The position numbers and the translations under genes were made by a program. The notes under the pieces were generated by a model. That model saw only the letters and a program-made list of their open reading frames with translations. It was not told the origin of the DNA and did not search any database. Shown here piece by piece: positions 1 through 12,817 of a stretch of DNA of 64,000 nt (positions are counted from its first letter, which is position 1; each line of letters begins with the position of its first letter). Source of the DNA: Bugula neritina (Eukaryota; Animalia; Bryozoa); contig OZ037766.1 of the NCBI GenBank assembly GCA_964035545.1, forward strand, positions 30,292,274 to 30,356,273. The letters run 5' to 3'.

Positions 1-399
1 GCATCACTGAGTTTTTATTACTTTGCATGAATGAATGAATTTGTGGGTTCGATTTCCATTAACTGCTTATGGTAGTAGCTTCATTAGATGAAACTGTTAC
101 TAAACATCAAATGAAAAATTTACTTCAATAGTTGAAGCTTAGCAACGTAGTGTACATATCTACGCTGGATGAAAGCAGTGGTCTCTGGCTGCACTAGCTG
201 AAAAGCTTGCATTTAACAAAGCTTTTCTAAATAAAGTGGGTAATGAAACGGGCTATACCTACCTTAGATCTTATAAGGTAGCATATTATATTATATGTAA
301 TTAGTTGGCAATGCTATTACCAACCATTTGTCTTGCATTTAATGAAGCATGTGTAAAGTAAAAATTTACCTATCAGCAAACAATGTTTTGTCTGAGAAT

Positions 400-447
400 A
401 AAATGTGGTTTAAAACATATCCATGGATATGTTTTAAACCACATTTT
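400..447. repeat. Perfect 48-bp palindrome without spacer
   Basis: aaaatgtggtttaaaacatatcca is followed directly by its reverse complement tggatatgttttaaaccacatttt. Confidence 0.95.
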
Positions 448-1832
448 GCATACGTATGCATATGTTATTATAAATTGTGGGCAGCATGCTAGTTATATAT
501 ACTTATATGTGAATGAGCTCAAGTAAATAATACCAATACTAGGAGTTATGTCCTCAACCCTATATCATAAGTATTGGATTTCATAACTACTTTTTAACAT
601 TGATGAAACGGCAGAATGAGTCTAACCTGCATCTTAAGTCTTTGTAATTTAATAGATGCACGTAGTGTTGTATATAACATTAGGAAAACCATCACTTATA
701 ACAGAAGATATTGGGAAAACTATTTATATAAACCAAATGCAAACACATGAATATTCTAAGTTTTTTTTAAACACTTTAGATTATCTTTGAAAATTACTTT
801 TAGGCTAAATCAACATAGCTCAATTTGGCAACTTTTTGTTATAATGTGTTTACAGTAGAAAATTTGAATATATGATATTCATATCTACATCCCAAGCATC
901 AAAAAGATGCTAGCGCTGATTGCATCAAGAATGAAGAACCCACACATTTTGTCATGAAGTCTTCTAAAATTTAAAGTCACTAGCTATTGATTAGCATAAT
1001 TATATAGATAGCATATATATATAAACAGAAATTTCAGCAATAAAGAGTAATCAGAATGCCCTAATACTGACAACCAACAACATGTGTTTTAATTGACCCC
1101 CCCCCCCCACACAGAGCTGTACTTTGGTAAAATAGATGGAAGTTGTCTGTCCAAAACCAAGCTATTTTGTGCATATATATTAAAGTTGTCTTTCAGTGTG
1201 TTTGAATGCCATATTTAAAATTGTTTCAGATATATGTTGCATAATTAATGGTTGGTTCAAAGTGCCAACAAATCAATTTAAGGGTTATATAGTCAAGTTG
1301 TTAAGTTATTTTGATAATGATACAGAAAAGTAGTTAATTCATGTGATGTTATGTGATTTAGTGATGGTTTAATTTGACCCAAGGAAAGTGAAACTACATG
1401 TAAGTCTGCAAAAAAAATTGTTGCCAATAAAATAATTGAATGACAATAAATAACACCTAATATAGCCGCATTAATTTCCTGTAATATGTATGGCCATTAA
1501 TCTACAGTTATAACTGCCAAAATTACTGTGCATCATTTTCAGCAAACAGCAATGTTTAAAATAGCTCAAACATAAATATATTCAAGTTTTGAACTTTGAT
1601 TTTTATAATAATTAAAGAGTAGCAGAAGTTTAAGCTAAGAAAATTGATTCAATTCATGGCCTTAATTAGTAAGTCTTTATTACAACACTATTATAGAATG
1701 TTGCAGCCTAAACATCTGATTAGCTAATCTTTTGACTTGTAAGGTTTTTTGGGAATATGCCTCAAACTTGGAGTTAGAAGTTGATTAGACATGGTTCAGG
1801 TTATTCTCAAATTTAGATTTCTTTGCTATTAT

Positions 1833-2580
<748 letters not shown>

Positions 2581-2640
2581 GTTTATGCTCTAGATTTATT
2601 TCTATAGAGCACTCTAGTAACGTTTTATAAACACTCATTT

Positions 2641-2643
<3 letters not shown>

Positions 2644-2673
<30 letters not shown>
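2644..2673. repeat. (TA)n microsatellite
   Basis: Read directly. Confidence 0.95.
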
Positions 2674-2674
<1 letters not shown>

Positions 2675-5600
2675 CACTTGTAGTCTACTATACAAATTTG
2701 AAATGTAATCATCTCTCAAACAACCTAAAAGAATCTAAAGTACAAACCTCTTTTTATAGATTTTTGGTTTAAAGTTGTAAATATTACACTTTGAAGCTAA
2801 CTAAAAAGTCTAGTTTTGGGTTTACTCAGTAGTTCTTAGGTGCTTGCAAGAGAAGGGGGACAAAAGTCTAATACAAAGTCAATGTTATTGAACTAGCTTG
2901 CTGTTCAATGATTTTACTACAGTTTGCTATCTAGAACTACAATTACTTGTACTATACTATAACTATATTGCTCAGGGAAACTCAAGGCTTTTTCTTCCTT
3001 AAATATCTTTTATACAATCAAAGAGCAAGAATTCACCAAAGTAGAAACAATAAATCAGACTTTCATGTGACACATCATTAAACACTCTTCAAAGGCATTA
3101 AATTTGGCAATATACTTAGGTTAACGTCCTGAGTTAAAATCTATTTGGACTAACACTGCTTTGACTTAAAAAAAATTTTCTAACTAATATAATTTCCGAA
3201 CCATCAAATTATCAATTACCTGTCACCAGCTGTCAAAATAAAATAATTAGCTTAACAATTATATTATATCAATTACTTGGTTTAAAAAATCATTGTTTTT
3301 CTACATATAAGTAACTCCTGAGCCTTGAAAATCTGAATGTGAAAACTATTAGTTATATAACAAGTTAGCATAGTCTATCCATTAACCTTGTTAATAATTA
3401 TGAATTAATTAAAGTAATTACCTGTGCTATAAGGTGAGACTTCAGGAACTCTTTGAAAAGGTGTTGAATGGTTGCCATGACGATGCCTGTATCCTGTGAC
3501 AGTGAGTTACTTGACTTCCTTTGTAATAAGAGAGCCCTGTTTTTTAAAACATACCTAAATGTCTGCTATTTGAAAAAAATTGTTCAGATATTTGTATAGC
3601 TAATATGCTTTCTAGCTTCATTCACCCCCATGCTTTGCATTATGGGAATGAATTTAACTAAACCACCAACATAAGTTAATGCAAGCTCAATCTATGCCGA
3701 AAGAATCAGTTGAAGCATTGGAAACCCAGTGAGTTTCAATTGAATGAAGCCACAAGCACAGGTTAAGGCAACCATAAATTCATTTATACAGCATTTATGC
3801 ATCCATTTAAAGCATGAGAACATATAGTGAATGCTGATATATGATTTTACAGGTTTCAGTCACCAGGATTTGTGGTGGTTAAAATGTTGATAACATAAAT
3901 ACATATAGCATATGATGGTAATATTTTCTATGGCAAAATAGTTATATGCAACATCTTGAAAACTCATAGTAATTGAAAATCATGCATATAGTACAGCTAG
4001 AATTCCCTATAGCGTAATAAATTATGTAACATTTCAACTTGCTGTGTACAAATCTGTACTCTGTCGTCTGTTTATTAATATACTCTTCTCTGTCAGCATT
4101 TTAGTTACCAGAAATAAAGCAATTTATTTGTAGTCAATAGTGTTTTTGAGTGCATTTATAGCATATATAAAGTTTTAGCTTTTGATACCACTTACTCATT
4201 GCATCTATCAAATTGGAGTTTATAGTGAAACCTTAACTAAAAATGTAATTTACAAGTTTAAAAAACTTTCACATTTATATTAAGTTGCTTTTTTTGAATT
4301 GTTTAACAGTGTTTTATTCAATAAATTGGACTATTTTTCAGAAATTGCCTTTTTTAAATTATTTCTTTGTGTCAACTAAACATTCAAAAATAAAATAAAG
4401 TCTAGACATGTAATCCTGATAATGGTATTTTGAAAATTTTAGTTATGTAAAGCTTGCTTATATAACCTGGATTTTGCTTTAAATAAAAATAAACTTGTCT
4501 TGACTTTATTGGTAGGATAATAAGAAAACTATAACTCAAATGTGTCGCAAAAAATACCATAAACTTGAATATTTGCTACATATAACAGTTTTTGCAAAAA
4601 GTATAATTATACTGCCAAAATTTTATTCCAAAAACTATTCACTTCAAACATAATTTAGTTTTTAGACCTATAGAGAGAGTTATAGGTGGAAAAGTCACAA
4701 TTTTATATAATCTATATCCACAGAGGAAAAATATAATGTAATATATATGATAATATATATCTTCAAAGTTTTATAGAAGCGTCTATTTTAATATGCACTG
4801 CTAGAATTACTTGATTTATTTTGCTTTCCTCAACAATGATACATGGCTAATATCATTATATAAGCAGTGTTTAAAGCCTATATGCTAGCATATGCTCATG
4901 CCTGCTTATTTTATCAAGAATATAACCGCAACAACATTCTCATTAAAAAAATTGGCAGTTTGGTGAATGATCAGCAAAAGCAGTATAGATAAAAACCCCT
5001 AGAGCTACATAATGCAAGCTGCTGCACCAACATCATAGAGCGGCAAAATCGATGGCAAAAAAGCATAGAAGTGATGAAGAGCTGTATATGTATATGCTGT
5101 GTCCTTCAACTGCAGGCTTTAAAGATAACAAAAAAGCAATCAAGTTTACCACAATACATTCAAATTAAGAGTCGTGGTTAAACTAAACATGAACTTTATT
5201 ATAATAATTTTTATTAATATGTTTTAGAGACTTATTGTCACGACCTTATTATAGTCCTGAAACTGAAAAATCCATAGATAGGTGACACTTGCATGCCAAT
5301 TAGATTGTTTTCGTCACTTTAGCCTGAAATAAACATCCAGTTAGAGATAGCATCTAATTAGCATTTGATAAATGAGATGATCAGCATAATACAGCACAAA
5401 ATTTAGTATAAAAGCCATTCAAAACATGTAGAATAGTCAAAGAAAACTATAATTTGCGAAAAAAGACACGCTCATCAGGTATTCATATATAATTCATTTT
5501 TTCTCTCTATAAAAGTTTTCATTTTCTTGCTTTAATTTGGAAGTGCTTTTACTTTTATTTAAGTTGAATTGAGCAGGGTAATAATAAAACTTGGTGTTAA

Positions 5601-5785
5601 TTATGTCAGTGAATAGTTAGCAAAGTTTCTTAAAATAGGATTTTGACAAGAGAAAGTTTTTTAACTTGGCTTATGTGTATCTAAATTGAACGACACCAAA
5701 ATGTTGCAAGCAGTTTGTGTACGTGTGTGTCTGTTGTTTATATGTGTAGTTCTTTAAACTATCTTGTATATAGAAAACTGCAAAA

Positions 5786-6893
5786 ATGAGAACTCTGGTA
5801 TTGATATTCTTGTTGGTATGTGTGATGATAGCGGCCGCCTCTCAAGCTCATTTTAGACAAAGAGGGGGAAACTTTGTTAACCGTCGGCAAGGAGTTCTAA
5901 GTAAGTATAAATTGCTAATTTGTTGTATATACAAAGATAATTACTATAATCAAATAAAATGATGAAAAATATAATTTGTTGACGGATAAGATGCACTTAT
6001 TGTAAGTTTGAAGCAGCAAAATTATTCTGTCATTTAAATCCTGTTTAGTTCTTCAAAACCTTAATTGTATATTACTCTAAGAAAATTTTTTGAAATATTT
6101 GAAAATAAAAACTTGGATAAAATGGGATATGTTTTTAAATAAAATTAAATTATTTTCAATTGTTTATTTATGATACCAAAAAAAGCAATAAAATTATTTT
6201 TTATATCATATATATATAGAGCAGTGGAAAGTTTCACATATCAGTTTTAAAACTTACCATTGAATTAAAAATAATTTGGCAATTTTAGTTTAATTTATTT
6301 ATTATTTCATAAGCAATGAAATATGCAAATATCTTCAATTAATAAACATTTTAACTTTTATGACCAATTTTCTATAGTTCTGTTACCTGTATATACCTGT
6401 TTGTATCTATACTCTTCTTAGCTGATATTAAAAAGTGGGCTAAGGGTAGAAAGCCTTTAGAAAACATTACTAAAAGTCGGGTATAAAGTGAGAGTGTACA
6501 AATTGTCACTTGATTAATTTTGAATTTTTGTTAATTTTCAAAGAAAATTTAAATTATATCTTAATATTTATAAATATTTTCATGTTTATTTATGTGCATT
6601 ACTGCCATGAATTAAAGAAATGTTTTAGATTATGTTATTTTGCACAATACACGTGTGAATAGTAATAAGTTAATACATGCTATATATGAATGATTTGAAT
6701 GTGAACCATGCTTTCATACATTACAGGCAGAAGATGCAATAGCTGTTTCAGAAGAGCTGAGGCTTTTTGTCACAGACAGCATTTGAGTCACCAGAAATGC
6801 CGAATTGAGACGAATATTCGATGTGGACATATTTGCAACAGGAGGGGCCATAGACTTGCTTTTTCACAAAAAGCTTTAAATCACAAAAAGTAA
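5786..6893 (+). CDS. Secreted 6-Cys cationic peptide, paralog A (93 aa); join(5786..5900,6727..6893)
   Basis: Exon 1 MRTLVLIFLLVCVMIAAASQAHFRQRGGNFVNRRQGVL (hydrophobic signal peptide), donor gtaagt at 5901, phase 1, acceptor ttacag ending 6726. Exon 2 SRRCNSCFRRAEAFCHRQHLSHQKCRIETNIRCGHICNRRGHRLAFSQKALNHKK*. Start context nearly identical to paralog B. Confidence 0.85.
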
Positions 6894-8827
6894 ATTAAAC
6901 AGCTACAAATTGTCTTTTATTGAGTGTTTGCGTTTATTTTTGCTTTATTGCATCCTTGTAACAATTTGTTTTTTCTTTTGTTTAAATATTTGTAAAAGAA
7001 CAAGATTGATAAACATATTGTTTCAAGTTTACACTGTTTACATTGACTAAAATAGTTTTAAACCACACTTTAATTATATTTTGATGTTTTGGAAGAACAA
7101 ATATTTTGTCGTTTAAAATTAAATAAATAATATTTGCAATAATACATACCATACTATAGATTTGTCATCACATTGAAGATAATATCTTGAGCATAAACTT
7201 TATAAGACACAAATTGCTTGGTCTGAGTCTCTTATAATTTGATTCAACAAACTTTCAACTGTACTGTGAGATGCTTTAGTCATTACAATAAACGTTCTCA
7301 TAAAACTTTTAACTTTTAAATTGTGAAAATTAAACTTTTATTCATTCTACTATAAAAAAAACAACATTTTCTTCTTCTATAATGTAAGTCGTAAATTCAG
7401 CAGAAAATTATTCTCTTAACTGCTTTCCTTATTAAATAACTAAACATTTATTCGGCAAGATGCAAGTGCTCAAACCTAATGTTTTATTCAGTTTTATTTT
7501 TTTATATACAAAATGAGCTAAAATAGCAAAAACCTTTCCTTGAATAATCAACATAATTTTGCTATATACACTTTTTATTCCCTGCCTAATTTATTTCCTG
7601 ACACATATATACATCATTTCAATTTAAGAACACCTATAACACTCGTGTCTATTTGCATGTCTGCCAAATCTATATTATACCTGCATGAACAAATATTGTT
7701 TATTTTAGGACTTTTATATATATAATACTATTTAAAAACCAAACACTTAATCTCATGTGAAATATAAGAAACAAAGTGCTAAAGGTGTTCATTATAGAAT
7801 ACATAATAGACTTATGCAGGTGCTAGAGGCCTTGCTAATTTTGCTAACTGATTTTGCCTGTGTCTAAATAGCTTTTAAATAGTATAATATATATATATTG
7901 TAATGATTTGTATAAGCAATCAATTGTAAGTGGCAAAAACTTTCCCTATTTTTTCATTCATGTTAACCTTGCCATGTTTATAGAATTAAATATAGCATTT
8001 CTATAAATCAACTGCATGCCACCAGCAATGCTGTCTTTTTTAACTAGGAAAACCTTTGCAAGAAAACCAGCTTAACATACAGTCTTTTTTATAAATATTT
8101 TATCTGCTGTTATATATGTTTTTTAACAAAATTTTAGTATTTTCTCAGTTTCATGCTTTAAATTAGCATTTATGTATTATATTATAGTTGCTATATTGCC
8201 ATAGCCTCAGATTAAAGTTGGTGGCACTAAAACTACAGTCTATAATGTATAGATTCCAAGCTATCATTTTCCTTCTACCTGCAATACACAACATTTAATA
8301 TAATTTTGCTTTAGGTGTAATCAATTTGTTATAATTCTATTGGAAAATTTTAGCAGCTTATTGTACTTTAGGTGTTGTGATTGCATATCAATATAATTTC
8401 TCAAAATCTTTCAAGTTAAAGTTCTGTGCAACTCTTTTAATGCAAAAGTCAATTTGATTTCGGTTAATTAACTTTTTTGTTTGATTTTTCAGTTTCTTAT
8501 ATGCATTCAAATATACTATTAAATTTTTTATAAATGTGATAAAACTTTTGCTGTCAAAATTTATGGATCATTTTATTAACATTAAAAAACAAGCAATTTG
8601 CATTTAGTTCATGCAATAAAATAACATTTGAATGCAATTTCAATTTGTTATGAGTTGTTTTGCTCATAAACAATAAAAAATTAAAACAATGTTACTTAAC
8701 TTATATACTAATTTGAAATATGTTACCAAATAGACAATTAACTGGTTTAAACAAAAAAGAATAAACAAACACAACAATTCAACAGCTGGAAATAAAAGCA
8801 GACATGATCTAAAGTTCAAGTATTCTT

Positions 8828-9712
8828 TTATTTTCCAACTGCAATAGGTCTAGGGAAAATAGGTTGGCCAGGTCTAGGGAAGATAGGTTGGCCAGGTCGT
8901 CCAACAATAGGCCTGATAGGCCTGAATGGCCTAATAGGTCTGAATGGCCTGATTGGTCTAGGTCGGTTACAAATTCTTCTGCATCTACCAAAGAATGTGG
9001 TTCCGCATCTTCTGCTTTGATTTCTTCTTCCACTGCAGCGACGATCTTCCTGTCTGAAGCAAGCACCGCATCTTCTACCTAAAAATTAGAAACAATAATG
9101 TTCAGATTATCTCTAGAATAAGGTGTGATTATGAAATTTGCTTTAAAAAGTTCTCTAAGGTCTAAGGTGTTATTTTAATAAAAAATGGAGTTTAATTTTA
9201 TATAATAAATACACTTTATTTAACGTATGTTTTTTATCTTTAGTGTCTAAAACTTATTGATTGATTACAAAAATATTAGATTTAGCAACAAATAGTGTTA
9301 GAAACATTAAAATCATGCTTGTTTGATTTTTAAAATATTTTGAAATAATAAGTCTTGAAAGGAACAATAAAATTGGCACCGTGTGTTTAGTAATATATCT
9401 TCAGTTACGTGTTTTTAATTTTTAGGCTGTTGATTTCAATCAGTACTTCCATAGTGTCCTACATGGACCTCAAGTAATCTAATATTAAAATCCCACTGTA
9501 TGAAATAATTGAGAGAGCTATCAATTTACTGATTGCCATCTTATCATACAATGCAATATTGTTTTATTGTGTCATGTTGCTAGTTGTTCTAATTTAAATA
9601 AGGCATATAGTGCAATACACTTACTGCGAATTGCTCCTCGACGATCAAATTGAGCAGAAACCATCACCATCATCACACAGATCAACAAGGATACCAAAAT
9701 CAGAGTTCTCAT
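8828..9712 (-). CDS. Secreted 6-Cys peptide with Pro/Arg-rich tail, paralog B (112 aa); complement(join(8828..9078,9625..9712))
   Basis: MRTLILVSLLICVMMVMVSAQFDRRGAIR | SRRCGACFRQEDRRCSGRRNQSRRCGTTFFGRCRRICNRPRPIRPFRPIRPFRPIRPIVGRPGQPIFPRPGQPIFPRPIAVGK*. Donor gtaagt, acceptor tttttag, phase 1. The correct frame is absent from the ORF track because exon 2 has no start codon near its 5' end. Confidence 0.9.
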
Positions 9713-12591
9713 TTTTGCAGCTTTCTACAAGATCATAAAACTGCAATGCTCCTAAACTAGTTATTGGAAACATTTTCATAATTAGTTTAGTTAGCTAACA
9801 TATGTACATCTTTTTCTATTCACTTACCAAAAGGCTTTTTAGATAATTTAAATTTAACTAATGTGCACAATTTATACTTTATCAAATGTACATAAATTTT
9901 TGCCAAACTTTTAAATTGTTCAACTCAAAGCAAGGTGTTACAGTTGATGAATGCATTGAAATAAATTTGAAAATGCTTTCAACTTTTTACTATCTGCAGA
10001 ACAGTTTGAAAAAAAGTTTGTTTTATAAAAGTACCTGATAAGTTTTCTTCCCAAAAGTGCTTCTTTATCAAGATGATATCCTATGAATATTTCAGTCATT
10101 GCGCGACTTTTATACCTAATTTTTGTTGCGTTGGACATCCCATTCATCAAATACTGATTAGGTTCCTTTTTTCAATCAAAGATTTTTTAAATATTACAGT
10201 GCAAAAATTGACAGGTAAATTATAAATTTGATCTGAGTGTCCGTTACGTGTGAATTTTAATTGGAATACTGCGAGTGGTGTCAGTAGATTTCACTGTGTG
10301 ATTTAAGATGTATTAATGACTAATAAAGTGCGATTTTGTGTAAGGCAAGACGACTCCTAAAAAGCAATATAAAATATGCTCCGGATTGTAAGTTATAGCA
10401 TTCTAATATTTGTGCTTTTCAATTATTTAAAATTATTTACAAGAAAATTTGTATCTTTTAATTCAAGCTTTATTATTACCTAAATTGTTTAAAAAGCTCT
10501 AAAATTAGGTTATATATAGGCTATCATATATTATATTTGGTTAGCTTTTTATTAAGATCTTGTGCACGCTATTATAAAGCTGTACCTATAGTTACGTATG
10601 GGCATAACATTTTTTAATTGAATTTAATTCAATATTCTAATCAAGTTAAAAAAATAATCCTGCTGCATGGAAAGACTATAACAATTTTTTGTTTTGTAAA
10701 AGTTATAAATCCTAAGTTAGTATATTATTATAACAATGTACAGTGTTAAACATTGAATCTTTTATACCATCTTGAAAGTTCTGATATATAGTTGCCAGTG
10801 AAAAATTTTTAGTTTTATTGATTGCATTCTTTTAAAAAGTTGCTTGTGTGATTGTAAACTATATGGACAGCGTGAGTGAATGTAGAACTATTTAAAATAT
10901 TTTCACTGATGTACGAGGAATAATACTATTATATTTCCTTTAAACACATTGTGCAATAAATCTTATTTCTGATATTCTTTTTTTCTATTTATATAACCGT
11001 TGACAAGTTTATAGGTAAGCTGGATTTTCTAGATACTGCTTTCTGATAAATGTTTTTTTTTAAACAGGAAAAGATCTTATATTTATGACATTGCTTATAA
11101 ACATTGCCAACTTCTGGCCTTTAATGTCTATAATTGCTTAATGCATTACATATACTAGTAAAATATGTAAGGGTCAAATAAATTATTTCAAACACAAAAT
11201 TTAATTTTCCAAAGAATACCTAGCATTATCAAAATGCAAATACAGAAAATGTATCCAAACTATATGCCTTTATTGTACCTACAGATTTTATGCATGAGAA
11301 AAGTTACACAGCCTCTTATTTTAACTATACTGAAACATTTTTGAAATTAGAAAAAATGTTATTTAGTAATATGAAAGACATCTTTCCTAAAAGTGCTAAA
11401 GCTGCAATGATTGTAACTTGATAATTTTCATTGATATTTTAGCAGTTGACTTTTAAAAATATTATATTTATTTTTTTTAGTCAATTGTTAATTTAGTTAA
11501 ATTTTTTTAGAAATTCGTTTAATAAACAATATAAGTAAAAAAGTTCAAAGGTTAAACTGGGGCTACAATTTTTTTTTATATTTAGTGAGATGATCAAAGG
11601 TCTAAATCGAAAATTTCAAAAAACTTTATTAAATCTAAGTTGCAGCATTAAGCAAACTATATACTATAAATTTGTTGCATTTCATTTAGGTGGTTTGCTT
11701 TATTATATTTCTTGCTTGTTACATAATATGAAGAACAATTCTTTGTTTGTGAAAAATAGGAATCACACTTACTGTATGTATAATCAATCTTGCAAATATA
11801 AATTATATTGTATAAATAAAAGGAGAAAAAGTACAGAAGTGCAAAGACCAATACAATTATTGCAATAGGAAATTCTGATTGAATTACATTAAAGGATATC
11901 AAAATGTACATAGCTAGTCGCAATATCAGGCATCTACTTTCAGATCAATTGATTTCGCAACAGAATGTTATTTTCTCAGAACCGTCATCTTAAAGTTTTA
12001 TTGTGCTGTTTGTTGGCCTTCAGTCAAAAAACTAAATTATGTTTCAAAAACACAGTATATTTAATAGCATTCCGAGTCGGGTCACTAACTAAGGCACATA
12101 GGTGCCAAAAATATATATTATATCAAAGCAAACCAAATATGCTAACTTGGTGTTTAGTGTCATTTTGAGATCATCATTCATTTTTGCTTGCCAAGAATTA
12201 TTTTCAGTTACTTCTAGCAAACAGTTCTGAACACAATTGCCTGTAATTATGTGGAGTATATCATATATATGTTATGAGAATGTAATTATATTGGTGGCTA
12301 AAATGATTAAATCTACAGAGCCATAAATCTTCAGCTGTAGTGAGCCACTTCTTTGCGTTGACATGCTTATAGAGAGTATTTCCTAGTGGATAGTTGCGTT
12401 GAAGTATCTTCCCAGTAATTGTGCCACACTTAATGGAACTTTTAATATGTAGCAACTACTTGTATAACATTATAAGTATTTTCATATTTCCAAGCTATAA
12501 CTTAAATTCTTGAAGATAAAATATTTTAATGTTAGTTTAGTACTGTTAAAATCACTATTTAATTCTTTAGTGAATCAAGTTCTTTTCTATA

Positions 12592-12817
12592 AAAAAAAAA
12601 CTCACACAAGTCTATAGTTGCTATATATATCCTTGTGAGAAACACCTGATAGAATGGGTTTTGTTAGAACAAGCTAAGGACTTGTTCTGATGATGCACAG
12701 GAGTAATCAAGACTGGATGCTCTTCCTAACATCACCAATGGCCTTTGTCAAGGTTCGAACCCATGACTTCATGTTCACAACGCAAACGCTTTAACCCCTA
12801 AACCACGGCTGCTCCAT
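12592..12817 (-). mobile_element. tRNA-derived SINE with 18-bp target-site duplication
   Basis: Minus strand starts GGAGCAGCCGTGGTTTAGGGGTTAA (A-box-like) then GGGTTCGAACC (B-box). Flanked by direct repeat atcaagttcttttctata (12574-12591 and 12818-12835). Three more copies in the window. Confidence 0.85.

Noticed and set aside
8809-9082. ORF-track proteins 8809..9066 (-, acidic/Leu-rich) and 8864..9082 (+)
   Set aside because: Shadow frames of peptide B exon 2. Only the third minus frame matches the exon-1 phase and the family Cys pattern.
12740-12815. tRNA-like sequences here and at ~36.6, ~45.8 and ~31.2 kb as tRNA genes
   Set aside because: No intact cloverleaf or acceptor stem. Three are joined to a shared SINE body and one has a target-site duplication.
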